DNA of 64,000 nucleotides from Oculatellaceae cyanobacterium bins.114 (GTDB lineage: Bacteria; Cyanobacteriota; Cyanobacteriia; Elainellales; Elainellaceae). The stretch covers positions 1 to 64,000 of the forward strand of contig JANRJA010000187.1 of the NCBI GenBank assembly GCA_033764315.1, read 5' to 3'. The position numbers and the translations under genes are program-made. Below the pieces are notes generated by a model. The model was not told where the DNA came from. It did no database searches and saw nothing but the letters and a program-made list of their open reading frames with translations. Shown in pieces: positions 1 to 8,231 of this stretch (position 1 is its first letter; every line of letters begins with the position of its first letter).

Positions 1-211
1 AAAAAGTCCCACCACTAACCAAAATGTTCCTAACTGCCAATTCTTTGAATGAAAAACACGCTGGAATTGCAGCATTTGGCTCCTTTAAGACAGGAACGAT
101 GTCATTGAGTCCGTCCTGTTCTCAAAAGTTTAGCGATTTTCTAGTAAAATCATCTGAAAATGAAGCACAGTTTTCATACAGATAAAAACTTCTATTTACA
201 GGCATAGAACA

Positions 212-244
212 TCTCTAAACACTCTCTAAACGCTTTCTAAACGC
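212..244. promoter_or_regulatory. three 11-bp direct repeats (TCTCTAAACAC/TCTCTAAACGC/TTTCTAAACGC) upstream of kdpA; candidate regulator site
   Basis: Repeats seen directly; an 11-bp period is typical of OmpR/PhoB-family sites (inference). Confidence 0.35.
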
Positions 245-330
245 TCTGTCTTCGGGACTATATCAGTGATCTAAAAATCTGTCTAAGTCTTGTCCTATAC
301 CTTGTATTTCTTAAAGTTAAGCTTCACTAT

Positions 331-440
331 CAATAGTCAGTCATTGGTCATTCGTCCTTTGTCACTAGTCCTTCGTACACAACTATTGACCAATGACTAT
401 TGACCAATGACTATTGACCAATGACTATTGACCAATGACC
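331..440. repeat. STRR-type heptamer arrays: degenerate GTCATTG-like run followed by (ACTATTGACCAATG)x4 in opposite orientation
   Basis: 14-bp unit at 382-437 repeated four times; complementary heptamers at 340-374. Confidence 0.85.
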
Positions 441-481
441 AGTAACTACTACTCCATCAATGTCGGAGTTTAATTCGAGTT

Positions 482-2227
482 ATGTTGCAAGGATGGATTC
501 AGATTGCGTTGACGCTGCTGATTGTCGTGACGCTCACCCCCTTTTTTGGGCGATATCTGGCAAACCTTTTTAAGGAGGAGAGAACCCTGCTTGATCCAGT
601 TCTCAATCCAGTTGAGCAGGTACTTTACTCACTGATTGGGGTGCGATCGAAAGAGAATATGACAGGCTGGCAATATGCCCGTGCAATTCTCTACAGCAAT
701 GGGGTGATGGGCTTGTTGATTTTCGCCATCATTATGTTCCAGCAGGCTTTGCCATTTAACCCAACGGGGCTTCCGGCTCCTACCTGGGATACGGCACTCC
801 ATACCACGATTTCGTTTATTACCAATACTAACCAGCAGCACTATTCGGGTGAAACCTATCTCAGCTATGCCAGCCAGATGTGGGGGCTGGGCTACCATAT
901 GTTTACTTCTGCCGCAACGGGTTTAGCGGTTGGCATTGCGTTCATCCGAGGGCTGACGGGCAGACCGTTGGGTAATTTCTATGTGGATTTAGTCAGGGCA
1001 ATTACTCGCGTCTTGTTGCCCATCAGTATTGTGGGGGCGATCGCCCTGATCATTGCAGGTGTACCTGAAACGCTGGCGGGTCCGGTTGTGGTGCCCACGC
1101 TGGAAGATCCAGCCATTAGTCAGGCGATCGCGCGGGGTCCTATGGCTCACTTTGAAATCATCAAAGAACTGGGGGAAAATGGCGGCGGCTTCTTTGCGAT
1201 TAATTCCGCCCATCCCTTTGAGAATCCGAATGGGTTTACTAATTTGCTGCAATTAGTCGCAATTTTGGCAATTCCCAGTTCGTTGATTTACGCCTACGGA
1301 GTATTCGCTAACAATATCAAGCAAGCCTGGTTAATTTATCTGATTCCGTTGAGCCTCCTGATTGGCTTTATCATCATAACTGCGATTGGGGAGTACAACG
1401 GCAATCCAGCAGTCAATAGCCTGTTAGGGATGGCTCAAGCTCCCAACCTGGAAGGCAAGGAAGTTCGGTTTGGTTGGGCACAGTCTGCCCTGTATGCAGT
1501 CGTGACAACGGGCACGATGACCGGAGCCATCAATAGTTTGCATGACTCGTTCATGCCCGCAGGCGGATTTGTCACCCTGTCGAATATGCTGCTACAAATC
1601 GTCTTTGGTGGACAGGGAACCGGAACCGCTTACCTGTTTGCCTACCTGATTCTGGCAGTCTTTGTAACGGGATTGATGGTGGGACGCACCCCCGAATTTT
1701 TGGGACGCAAGATTGAGAAACGGGAAGTGGTGCTGGCAAGCTTCTTGATTCTGCTGGTTCACCCGATCGCCATCCTGATTCCCAGTGCGATCGCCCTGGC
1801 ATTCCCAGATCTTCAGGGCATCAGCAACCCCGGTTTTCATGGTTTAACTCAGGTCATTTACGAATACGCTTCCGCTGCCGCCAACAACGGCTCTGGGTTT
1901 GAAGGACTGGCAGATTCGCAACCTTCACCGATCGCGATCGCCGCAGGGGCAACCACCAGTCCAACCGCGCTCTGGTGGAACTTGAGTACCTGTTTTAGCT
2001 TGCTGGCGGGGCGTTACATCCCCATCACCGCTTTACTCTTCTTAGCGGATAGTTTATCTCGCAAGCAACCTGTCCCTGAAACGGCTGGCACGCTACGAAC
2101 TGATACGGGACTGTTTACCGGGGTAACGGCTGGTGTGATTCTGATTCTGGGCGCACTGACCTTTTTCCCCGTCTTAGCACTGGGTCCGATTGCAGAAGCT
2201 TTTCAAATTGTCAAAGGAATTGGGTAG
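482..2227 (+). CDS. kdpA: K+-transporting ATPase subunit A
   Basis: [34 protein letters not shown] and [10 protein letters not shown] motifs; operon context. Confidence 0.98.
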   Translation: MLQGWIQIALTLLIVVTLTPFFGRYLANLFKEERTLLDPVLNPVEQVLYSLIGVRSKENMTGWQYARAILYSNGVMGLLIFAIIMFQQALPFNPTGLPAPTWDTALHTTISFITNTNQQHYSGETYLSYASQMWGLGYHMFTSAATGLAVGIAFIRGLTGRPLGNFYVDLVRAITRVLLPISIVGAIALIIAGVPETLAGPVVVPTLEDPAISQAIARGPMAHFEIIKELGENGGGFFAINSAHPFENPNGFTNLLQLVAILAIPSSLIYAYGVFANNIKQAWLIYLIPLSLLIGFIIITAIGEYNGNPAVNSLLGMAQAPNLEGKEVRFGWAQSALYAVVTTGTMTGAINSLHDSFMPAGGFVTLSNMLLQIVFGGQGTGTAYLFAYLILAVFVTGLMVGRTPEFLGRKIEKREVVLASFLILLVHPIAILIPSAIALAFPDLQGISNPGFHGLTQVIYEYASAAANNGSGFEGLADSQPSPIAIAAGATTSPTALWWNLSTCFSLLAGRYIPITALLFLADSLSRKQPVPETAGTLRTDTGLFTGVTAGVILILGALTFFPVLALGPIAEAFQIVKGIG

Positions 2228-2242
2228 GAGTTTTGAGCATTT

Positions 2243-4393
2243 ATGGGAAGTAAAAACGGATCTTCTACATCCTCTCGCCCGATTCGGGTTCCCGGTCGTC
2301 GCCGGGACGATCGCAAACACACTCCCAAAGCCGATCGCAAAGGGCTGTATCAACGCGCCATTCGAGAATCGTTCGTCAAACTCAATCCCCGTGTGGCGGT
2401 GCGAAACCCCGTCATGTTCGTGGTGTGGTTGGGTACGATCGTGACTCTACTGGTTACGATTAATCCCAATCTGTTTGGTACGGTTCAGGCAGATATTGGA
2501 CAACAACGATTACTCAACGGCATCATTACCTTTATTCTGTTTTTCACGATTCTATTTGCCAATTTTGCCGAAGCGGTGGCAGAAGGCAGAGGGAAGGCAC
2601 AGGCAGATGCGCTGCGATCGACCCGCAGTGACACGGTTGCCCGTAAACTGTTACCCGATGGCACGATTCAGGAAGTGAGTTCTACCGAATTGCGCCGGGG
2701 CGATCAGGTGAAAGTGATTGCCGGAGATATGATTCCGGCGGATGGTGATGTGATTCAGGGAATGGGATCGGTGGATGAGTCAGCCATTACGGGAGAATCG
2801 GCTCCTGTGTTGAAACAGCCGGGTACCGATATTGCCAGTTCGGTGACGGGGGGAACTCGGTTGCTCTCCGATGAACTGACGGTGCGGATTACCTCTGATC
2901 CCGGTCAGGGCTTCATCGATCGCATGATTTCCCTGGTCGAAGGAGCCGAGCGCACCAAAACCCCAAACGAAATCGCGTTGACGGTGTTGCTAGCCGTACT
3001 AACTCAGGTGTTTTTGATTGTCGTTGCCACAACACCTTCGATTTCTGGATATATTGCAAACTTTCTAGACAGTGTAACAGGAACCGCAACAGGCAACAGC
3101 TTACGGGCTGGAACCAGCATCGCCATTCTCATTTCCCTGCTGGTGGCTCTGATTCCCACGACGATCGGGGGGTTGTTGAGTGCGATCGGCATTGCTGGGA
3201 TGGATCGAGTCGCTCAGTTTAACGTGATCGCCACCTCTGGACGAGCCGTAGAAGCCTGTGGTGACGTGAATACACTGGTTCTAGATAAAACGGGCACGAT
3301 CACGTTAGGAAACCGTTTGGCGGATGAATTTATCCCCGTCAATGGTCATTCTGTTGAGGAAGTCGCCGATGTTTGTTTAATTGCCAGTGTGTTTGATGAA
3401 ACTCCAGAAGGGCGATCGATTGTTCAATTAGCCCAAAAGCTAGGAGCAAAATTTGACCTGGATGGGCAACCCGCTGAAGGAATTGAGTTCTCGGCGCGAA
3501 CCCGCATGAGCGGCACTGACCTTGATAGTAAGGAGTACCGTAAGGGGGCTGTGGATGCAATTAAAGGATTTGTGCGATCGCGTGGTGGTCAGGTTCCCAC
3601 AACCCTGGATGAAGCCTACGAGCGGGTATCTCGCTTGGGTGGAACGCCTCTTGCTGTCTGTCAGGGCAATGAAATCTACGGTGTAATCTACCTCAAAGAT
3701 ATTGTGAAACCGGGACTGCGAGAACGGTTTGACCAACTCCGACGCATGGGAGTCAAAACCATTATGTTAACTGGAGACAACCGCATTACGGCATCAGTCA
3801 TTGCCCAGGAAGCCGGAGTTGATGACTTCATTGCCGAAGCCACTCCCGAAGACAAAATTGATGTCATTCGCCGTGAACAGGCTCAAGGCAAACTGGTCGC
3901 CATGACCGGAGACGGCACGAATGACGCGCCCGCCCTCGCTCAGGCAAATGTGGGAGTAGCGATGAACTCCGGGACACAAGCCGCCAAAGAAGCCGCCAAT
4001 ATGGTGGATCTGGATTCTGACCCCACTAAGCTGATCGACCTGGTGACGATCGGTAAACAATTACTCATCACCCGTGGCGCATTGACCACTTTTTCGGTTG
4101 CCAATGACATCGCCAAATACTTTGCCATCATTCCCACCATCTTTGCTGCTGCCGGAATTGGTGCGCTCAACATCATGGGCTTAAAGAGTGCCCAGTCTGC
4201 GATCGTCTCTGCCCTGATTTACAACGCTTTGATTATTCCTGTTCTAATTCCACTGGCTTTGAGAGGTGTGCAATTCCGTCCCCTCACCGCCGATCAACTG
4301 CTGCAACGCAATATTTTGATCTTCGGGTTGGGTGGCATTATTGCCCCGTTTATTGCAATTAAGGCGATCGATTTAATTTTGCCGTTTTCTTAG
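2243..4393 (+). CDS. kdpB: K+-transporting P-type ATPase subunit B
   Basis: TGES, DKTGT phosphorylation site, [11 protein letters not shown] motifs. Confidence 0.98.
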   Translation: MGSKNGSSTSSRPIRVPGRRRDDRKHTPKADRKGLYQRAIRESFVKLNPRVAVRNPVMFVVWLGTIVTLLVTINPNLFGTVQADIGQQRLLNGIITFILFFTILFANFAEAVAEGRGKAQADALRSTRSDTVARKLLPDGTIQEVSSTELRRGDQVKVIAGDMIPADGDVIQGMGSVDESAITGESAPVLKQPGTDIASSVTGGTRLLSDELTVRITSDPGQGFIDRMISLVEGAERTKTPNEIALTVLLAVLTQVFLIVVATTPSISGYIANFLDSVTGTATGNSLRAGTSIAILISLLVALIPTTIGGLLSAIGIAGMDRVAQFNVIATSGRAVEACGDVNTLVLDKTGTITLGNRLADEFIPVNGHSVEEVADVCLIASVFDETPEGRSIVQLAQKLGAKFDLDGQPAEGIEFSARTRMSGTDLDSKEYRKGAVDAIKGFVRSRGGQVPTTLDEAYERVSRLGGTPLAVCQGNEIYGVIYLKDIVKPGLRERFDQLRRMGVKTIMLTGDNRITASVIAQEAGVDDFIAEATPEDKIDVIRREQAQGKLVAMTGDGTNDAPALAQANVGVAMNSGTQAAKEAANMVDLDSDPTKLIDLVTIGKQLLITRGALTTFSVANDIAKYFAIIPTIFAAAGIGALNIMGLKSAQSAIVSALIYNALIIPVLIPLALRGVQFRPLTADQLLQRNILIFGLGGIIAPFIAIKAIDLILPFS

Positions 4394-4418
4394 TTATTCC
4401 CTACTCAAACTCAAAACG

Positions 4419-4610
4419 ATGAACCGCAAACACTCCATTTATTTATTTCTAGCAATTTGTTTCAACCTGGTGGTTGCCCCTGTTGTTTATGCTGCCAGCG
4501 GCAATGAATTTTCTCGCTCTCAAGCCTGGGCATTAGGGCTATTGGGTTTGGGAACCGTTGCACTTTCCGTTTATTTGTTCTTTGTCATGTTTGTACCGGA
4601 GAAGTTCTAA
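4419..4610 (+). CDS. kdpF: KdpF-like small membrane subunit with N-terminal extension (cyanobacterial KdpF/KdpG type)
   Basis: C-terminus LSVYLFFVMFVPEKF matches the KdpF pattern; lies between kdpB and kdpC, stop overlaps the kdpC start. Confidence 0.8.
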   Translation: MNRKHSIYLFLAICFNLVVAPVVYAASGNEFSRSQAWALGLLGLGTVALSVYLFFVMFVPEKF

Positions 4611-5248
4611 TGAGTTTTGCACGCGAGGCAGGTAGAGCCATTCGATCGACCCTGGTACTCTGGGTCATTACCGCTCTGATTTATCCGTTAATCATGGTTG
4701 CCATTGGACAACTGGTTTTTCCCTTTCAGGCAAACGGTAGTATTCTAACCAACGCTCAAGGTCAGCCTGTCGGATCGGCTTTGATTGGGCAGCCCTTTAC
4801 GAGCGATCGCTATTTCAACAGTCGTCCCAGCACCACCAGCTACAGCACCGCTGATCCGACTGATGATGCAGCAGAGATTCTCCGAACAGGGGTTTCTGGG
4901 GCAAGCAACCTGGCTCCCAGCAATCCAGCCTTAATCGACCGCATCAAGGGCAAACCTGATCCTGACCCTGAACAGGCGATCGAGGGCGAAATCCCTAGAT
5001 TGCAAGCCGCAGGAGTCACCCCAACTGCCGACTTAGTTTACACCTCCGGTTCCAGCCTTGACCCCCATATCACACCCGAAGCCGCTAGAGCGCAAATTAC
5101 ACGAGTGGCAACGGCACGGGGATTGCAACCCAATCAACTAGAAGACTTGATCAACCAAAATACAGATGGTCGATTCTTGGGCATCTTTGGCGAACCCGGG
5201 GTGAATGTGTTGAAACTCAACCTGGCTCTTGATGCGGTCGGCAGCTAA
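4610..5248 (+). CDS. kdpC: K+-transporting ATPase subunit C
   Basis: GSALIGQPF, YFNSRPS, SGASNLAPSN, SGSSLDPHIT and VNVLKLNLALD motifs. Confidence 0.97.
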   Translation: MSFAREAGRAIRSTLVLWVITALIYPLIMVAIGQLVFPFQANGSILTNAQGQPVGSALIGQPFTSDRYFNSRPSTTSYSTADPTDDAAEILRTGVSGASNLAPSNPALIDRIKGKPDPDPEQAIEGEIPRLQAAGVTPTADLVYTSGSSLDPHITPEAARAQITRVATARGLQPNQLEDLINQNTDGRFLGIFGEPGVNVLKLNLALDAVGS

Positions 5249-5275
5249 ACCATCCAACTCACAAACCTTTAGCTT

Positions 5276-5596
5276 ATGTGCGCGGAAAGAATCATCGAAC
5301 CCGCCTTGTTTGGAGTCATTATTCAATCAAACAGTCGCCATTGCGGTCTTCGATTATTGGCAATTCAAATCCCAGAACAATGTGCGATTCTGGGGGTAGT
5401 TAGACAAAAACGAATTATTCCAGTCAGTGAAAATCCTTCTGTTTCAATTGGAGATGTCGTTCTGGCGATCGCCCTCCACCCCATGTTTGTTCCTGCCCTC
5501 AAAGTTGCTCTCAAGCGATCGCACCCAGCGTACTATTCGCTCAACGATTGCTTGCTAGAAACACCTGTTGTTCAAAAGTGCTGCCAACTGTCCTGA
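5276..5596 (+). CDS. stand-alone TrkA-C/RCK_C-like domain protein
   Basis: NSRHCGLRL..IQIPEQCAILGVVRQKRIIP..NPSVSIGDVVLAI resembles the RCK_C pattern; tightly packed between kdpC and kdpD. Confidence 0.65.
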   Translation: MCAERIIEPALFGVIIQSNSRHCGLRLLAIQIPEQCAILGVVRQKRIIPVSENPSVSIGDVVLAIALHPMFVPALKVALKRSHPAYYSLNDCLLETPVVQKCCQLS

Positions 5597-5606
5597 ATTC
5601 TAATTT

Positions 5607-6743
5607 ATGTATCACTCATCCAATCCGTCACCTGACAGCACCTACATTCGTCCTGCCTACCGGGGAAAGCACAAAATCTTCATCGGCATGGCTCCCGGTG
5701 TCGGCAAAACGTACCGAATGCTGGAAGAGGGACATCGGCTACGGCAGGAAGGCATTGACGTAGTGATTGGGCTACTTGAAACCCACAATCGACAGGAGAC
5801 TGCACAGCGGGCAGAGGGGCTAGAAATCCTTCCCCGACAGAAGATTGATTGTTCTGGGATCATTCTGTCTGAAATGGACACGGATGCGATCCTGGCTCGC
5901 CAACCGCAACTAGTTCTAATTGATGAACTTGCCCATACCAATGTCCCTGGTTCTCAACGAGAGAAGCGGTATCAAGAAGTAGAAGTCGTTTTGGCAGCCG
6001 GGATTGATGTTTTTTCAACCGTTAATATTCAGCATCTAGAGAGCCTAAACGATCTCGTTGCCCGAATTACAGGGGTAGTAGTGCGAGAGCGAATCCCCGA
6101 TCGCCTGCTGGAAGAAGCCGATCAGGTCGTAGTGATTGATGTTACGCCAGAAACACTAGAGGATCGTCTGAAAGACGGTAAAATCTACGCCCCCGAAAAG
6201 GTTGATCAATCCCTGCAAAACTTCTTCCAGCGACGTAACTTGATTGCTTTAAGGGAACTGGCATTACGAGAAGTCGCTGACAATATTGAGGAAGATGCGC
6301 TTGAGCAAGCATCGAATGGAAGTAAAGCCGATGCACCTTTCTGTAGCATTCATGAACGAGTGTTAGTGTGTGTCTCAACCTATCCCAATGCAATTCAACT
6401 GATTCGACGAGGTGCTCGAATTGCGGGTTATATGCACGCTCCTTTTTACTGTCTATTTGTCGATGACCCCGATCGCTTCTTGACCAAAGCCGAAAGTTTG
6501 CATATTGAAACCTGTGAAAGACTATGTAAAGAGTTTGGTGGAGAGTTTATCCGAGTGAGCGATCAGGATAAAGCAAAAGCGATCGCAGAAGTCGCTAGAG
6601 GCTATTACATTACTCAAATTGTCATTGGTGAAAGCCAACGATCTCGATGGAAGCTGATGTTGAGCGGTTCACTGACTCATAAACTATTGCGATCGCTCAG
6701 AAACATTGACGTTCATATTATTTCAACAGATAAGGGAATCTAA
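5607..6743 (+). CDS. kdpD: short KdpD (KdpD N-terminal domain + USP domain; no TM or kinase domain)
   Basis: GMAPGVGKTY, DELAHTN, STVNIQHLESLND, NLIALRELALR; USP-like C-terminus; no H-box. Confidence 0.93.
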   Translation: MYHSSNPSPDSTYIRPAYRGKHKIFIGMAPGVGKTYRMLEEGHRLRQEGIDVVIGLLETHNRQETAQRAEGLEILPRQKIDCSGIILSEMDTDAILARQPQLVLIDELAHTNVPGSQREKRYQEVEVVLAAGIDVFSTVNIQHLESLNDLVARITGVVVRERIPDRLLEEADQVVVIDVTPETLEDRLKDGKIYAPEKVDQSLQNFFQRRNLIALRELALREVADNIEEDALEQASNGSKADAPFCSIHERVLVCVSTYPNAIQLIRRGARIAGYMHAPFYCLFVDDPDRFLTKAESLHIETCERLCKEFGGEFIRVSDQDKAKAIAEVARGYYITQIVIGESQRSRWKLMLSGSLTHKLLRSLRNIDVHIISTDKGI

Positions 6744-6857
6744 AATCTGTTCTGAGCACTCTACCCAACACTCTAATCTTAGGAAAAAAGAACATTGGGA
6801 AAACGGCTCCACTAGTTGAGTCAACATTGGAGCCTGTGAACAATCGGGAGAAGATTG

Positions 6858-7463
6858 TTAGAACGCGATCGCCTCTCCTAAAATGTCTGCAACGGTGACG
6901 TTGAGTTCACCCAACTGGGGCGATCGCACTCTATCCGCCATCGTAAACGTTTGCACGTCTCGGTAAACTGATTCCACCAGTTCTAATACCAGAATGGTTT
7001 GTGTTTGAGGATCAATAATCCAATATTCAGGTATTGCAAGATCCTGGTATTGCGATCGCTTGGCAATGTAGTCGCGACCCTTGCGGTATCTGCAAAGCAG
7101 TGCGCGCTGAATTTCTCCAGGGCTAACGACTTCCACAACTAACAGAGGCGGAGCCATACTCAGCCGAATGGTGTTTCGCCGTTTTAAAAGCTGAATATGC
7201 TCCTCGCGAATAATGGTTAAGTCAGGATAACGATTTTTAGGCTCTCCTCGAACCTCCAGTTCTAAATTGTGCGCTCTTAATCTGCGATATCCAACCAACG
7301 GCAGAAGAACGGACAATAAAAAACTAACTATTTCGGCATTTTCTCCCGATTCTGGCGGCACTTCGACTAATTCTCCATTAAACAGCTCGTACAGGCTATC
7401 TGTCCCATCGTCGTAAGATAGGTACTCTTCAAAGTTGAGGAATCGTAGTTTGGATTGAACCAT
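6858..7463 (-). CDS. Uma2 (DUF820) family PD-(D/E)xK endonuclease-like protein with an 8-aa insertion
   Basis: YELFNGELVEVPP, RYPDL, LVVEVVSPG, IPEYWIIDP. Confidence 0.9.
   Translation of the reverse strand: MVQSKLRFLNFEEYLSYDDGTDSLYELFNGELVEVPPESGENAEIVSFLLSVLLPLVGYRRLRAHNLELEVRGEPKNRYPDLTIIREEHIQLLKRRNTIRLSMAPPLLVVEVVSPGEIQRALLCRYRKGRDYIAKRSQYQDLAIPEYWIIDPQTQTILVLELVESVYRDVQTFTMADRVRSPQLGELNVTVADILGEAIAF
7074..7105. mobile_element. small dispersed repeat inserted in frame into a HIP1 site
   Basis: GCGA-[CCCTTGCGGTATCTGCAAAGCAGTG]-CGC; net +24 nt relative to GCGATCGC; two mini-hairpins. Confidence 0.65.
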
Positions 7464-7644
7464 GAGGGTGAGGAGAGAGGAGAGGGGCGATCGCGTTCCA
7501 GTGCTTTTATTGTATAACTCTCTTTTTTACCGTTGCTGTTTACGAAAGTGTTTGCAACCCAATGTGAAGACTCCCCCTACGTTATAACCTTTGCACCGTC
7601 TGGAGCTTGTGCGTATGATGGAGAAAATTCTTTGAGCAACCGAT

Positions 7645-8109
7645 ATGTTTGGTAAAAAGCCCCCCTCTGAGCCATCTAAATCGCAACCACCCAATCAATC
7701 GCAAAGCCTCAGCAATGTATCGGTCACGGGTGGCATGGTGCAATTGGGGCAGGCAGGTGGCAATCTCCAGCAAAATCAGAGTGGAGAGTTGCAAACTCAG
7801 CAGCAAGGGATTATAGCAACCGAGGTAGTCTCGCTGTTAGAACAGTTAGAATCTGCAATCAAAGGATCTGCGCTCAGTTCCGCTCAGCAAGAAGAACTGC
7901 TCGACTATCTGCGACCTGCTAAGCGGGAAGCCGCGAAGGAAACCCCTCAAAAGGAACTGGTGGGGCAAAATTTGAAGCAGGTGAGTGAAACGATGAAAAC
8001 GCTGAAAGACACCACCGAGGCCGGGAAAAGCTTGTGGCAAACGGGAGCCGAAATCTTTAAAACGGTTGCACCCTGGGTTGGCGTTGCTGCTGCATTTTTT
8101 GGGCTTTAA
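7645..8109 (+). CDS. small protein with N-terminal RHIM-like/amyloid motif and C-terminal helical domain ending in a hydrophobic helix; putative NLR effector
   Basis: QSQSLSNVSVTGGMVQLGQAGGNLQQ, then amphipathic helices, then WQTGAEIFKTVAPWVGVAAAFFGL. The function is inferred. Confidence 0.75.
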   Translation: MFGKKPPSEPSKSQPPNQSQSLSNVSVTGGMVQLGQAGGNLQQNQSGELQTQQQGIIATEVVSLLEQLESAIKGSALSSAQQEELLDYLRPAKREAAKETPQKELVGQNLKQVSETMKTLKDTTEAGKSLWQTGAEIFKTVAPWVGVAAAFFGL

Positions 8110-8153
8110 TCGCGATCGGGATTTAGGCATACGAATAAAATGCGATTTGTTGG

Positions 8154-8182
8154 ATAGGGGCTTGGCAGTGCCAAGCCCGTAC
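8154..8182. repeat. REP-like palindrome between the putative effector and NACHT genes
   Basis: GGGCTTGGCA-G-TGCCAAGCCC inverted repeat, flanked by ATAG and GTAC. Confidence 0.65.
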
Positions 8183-8231
8183 AGAGGAGGCGATCGCTCT
8201 ACAAGAGTGATATTCAAAATAGGCGTAGAGC

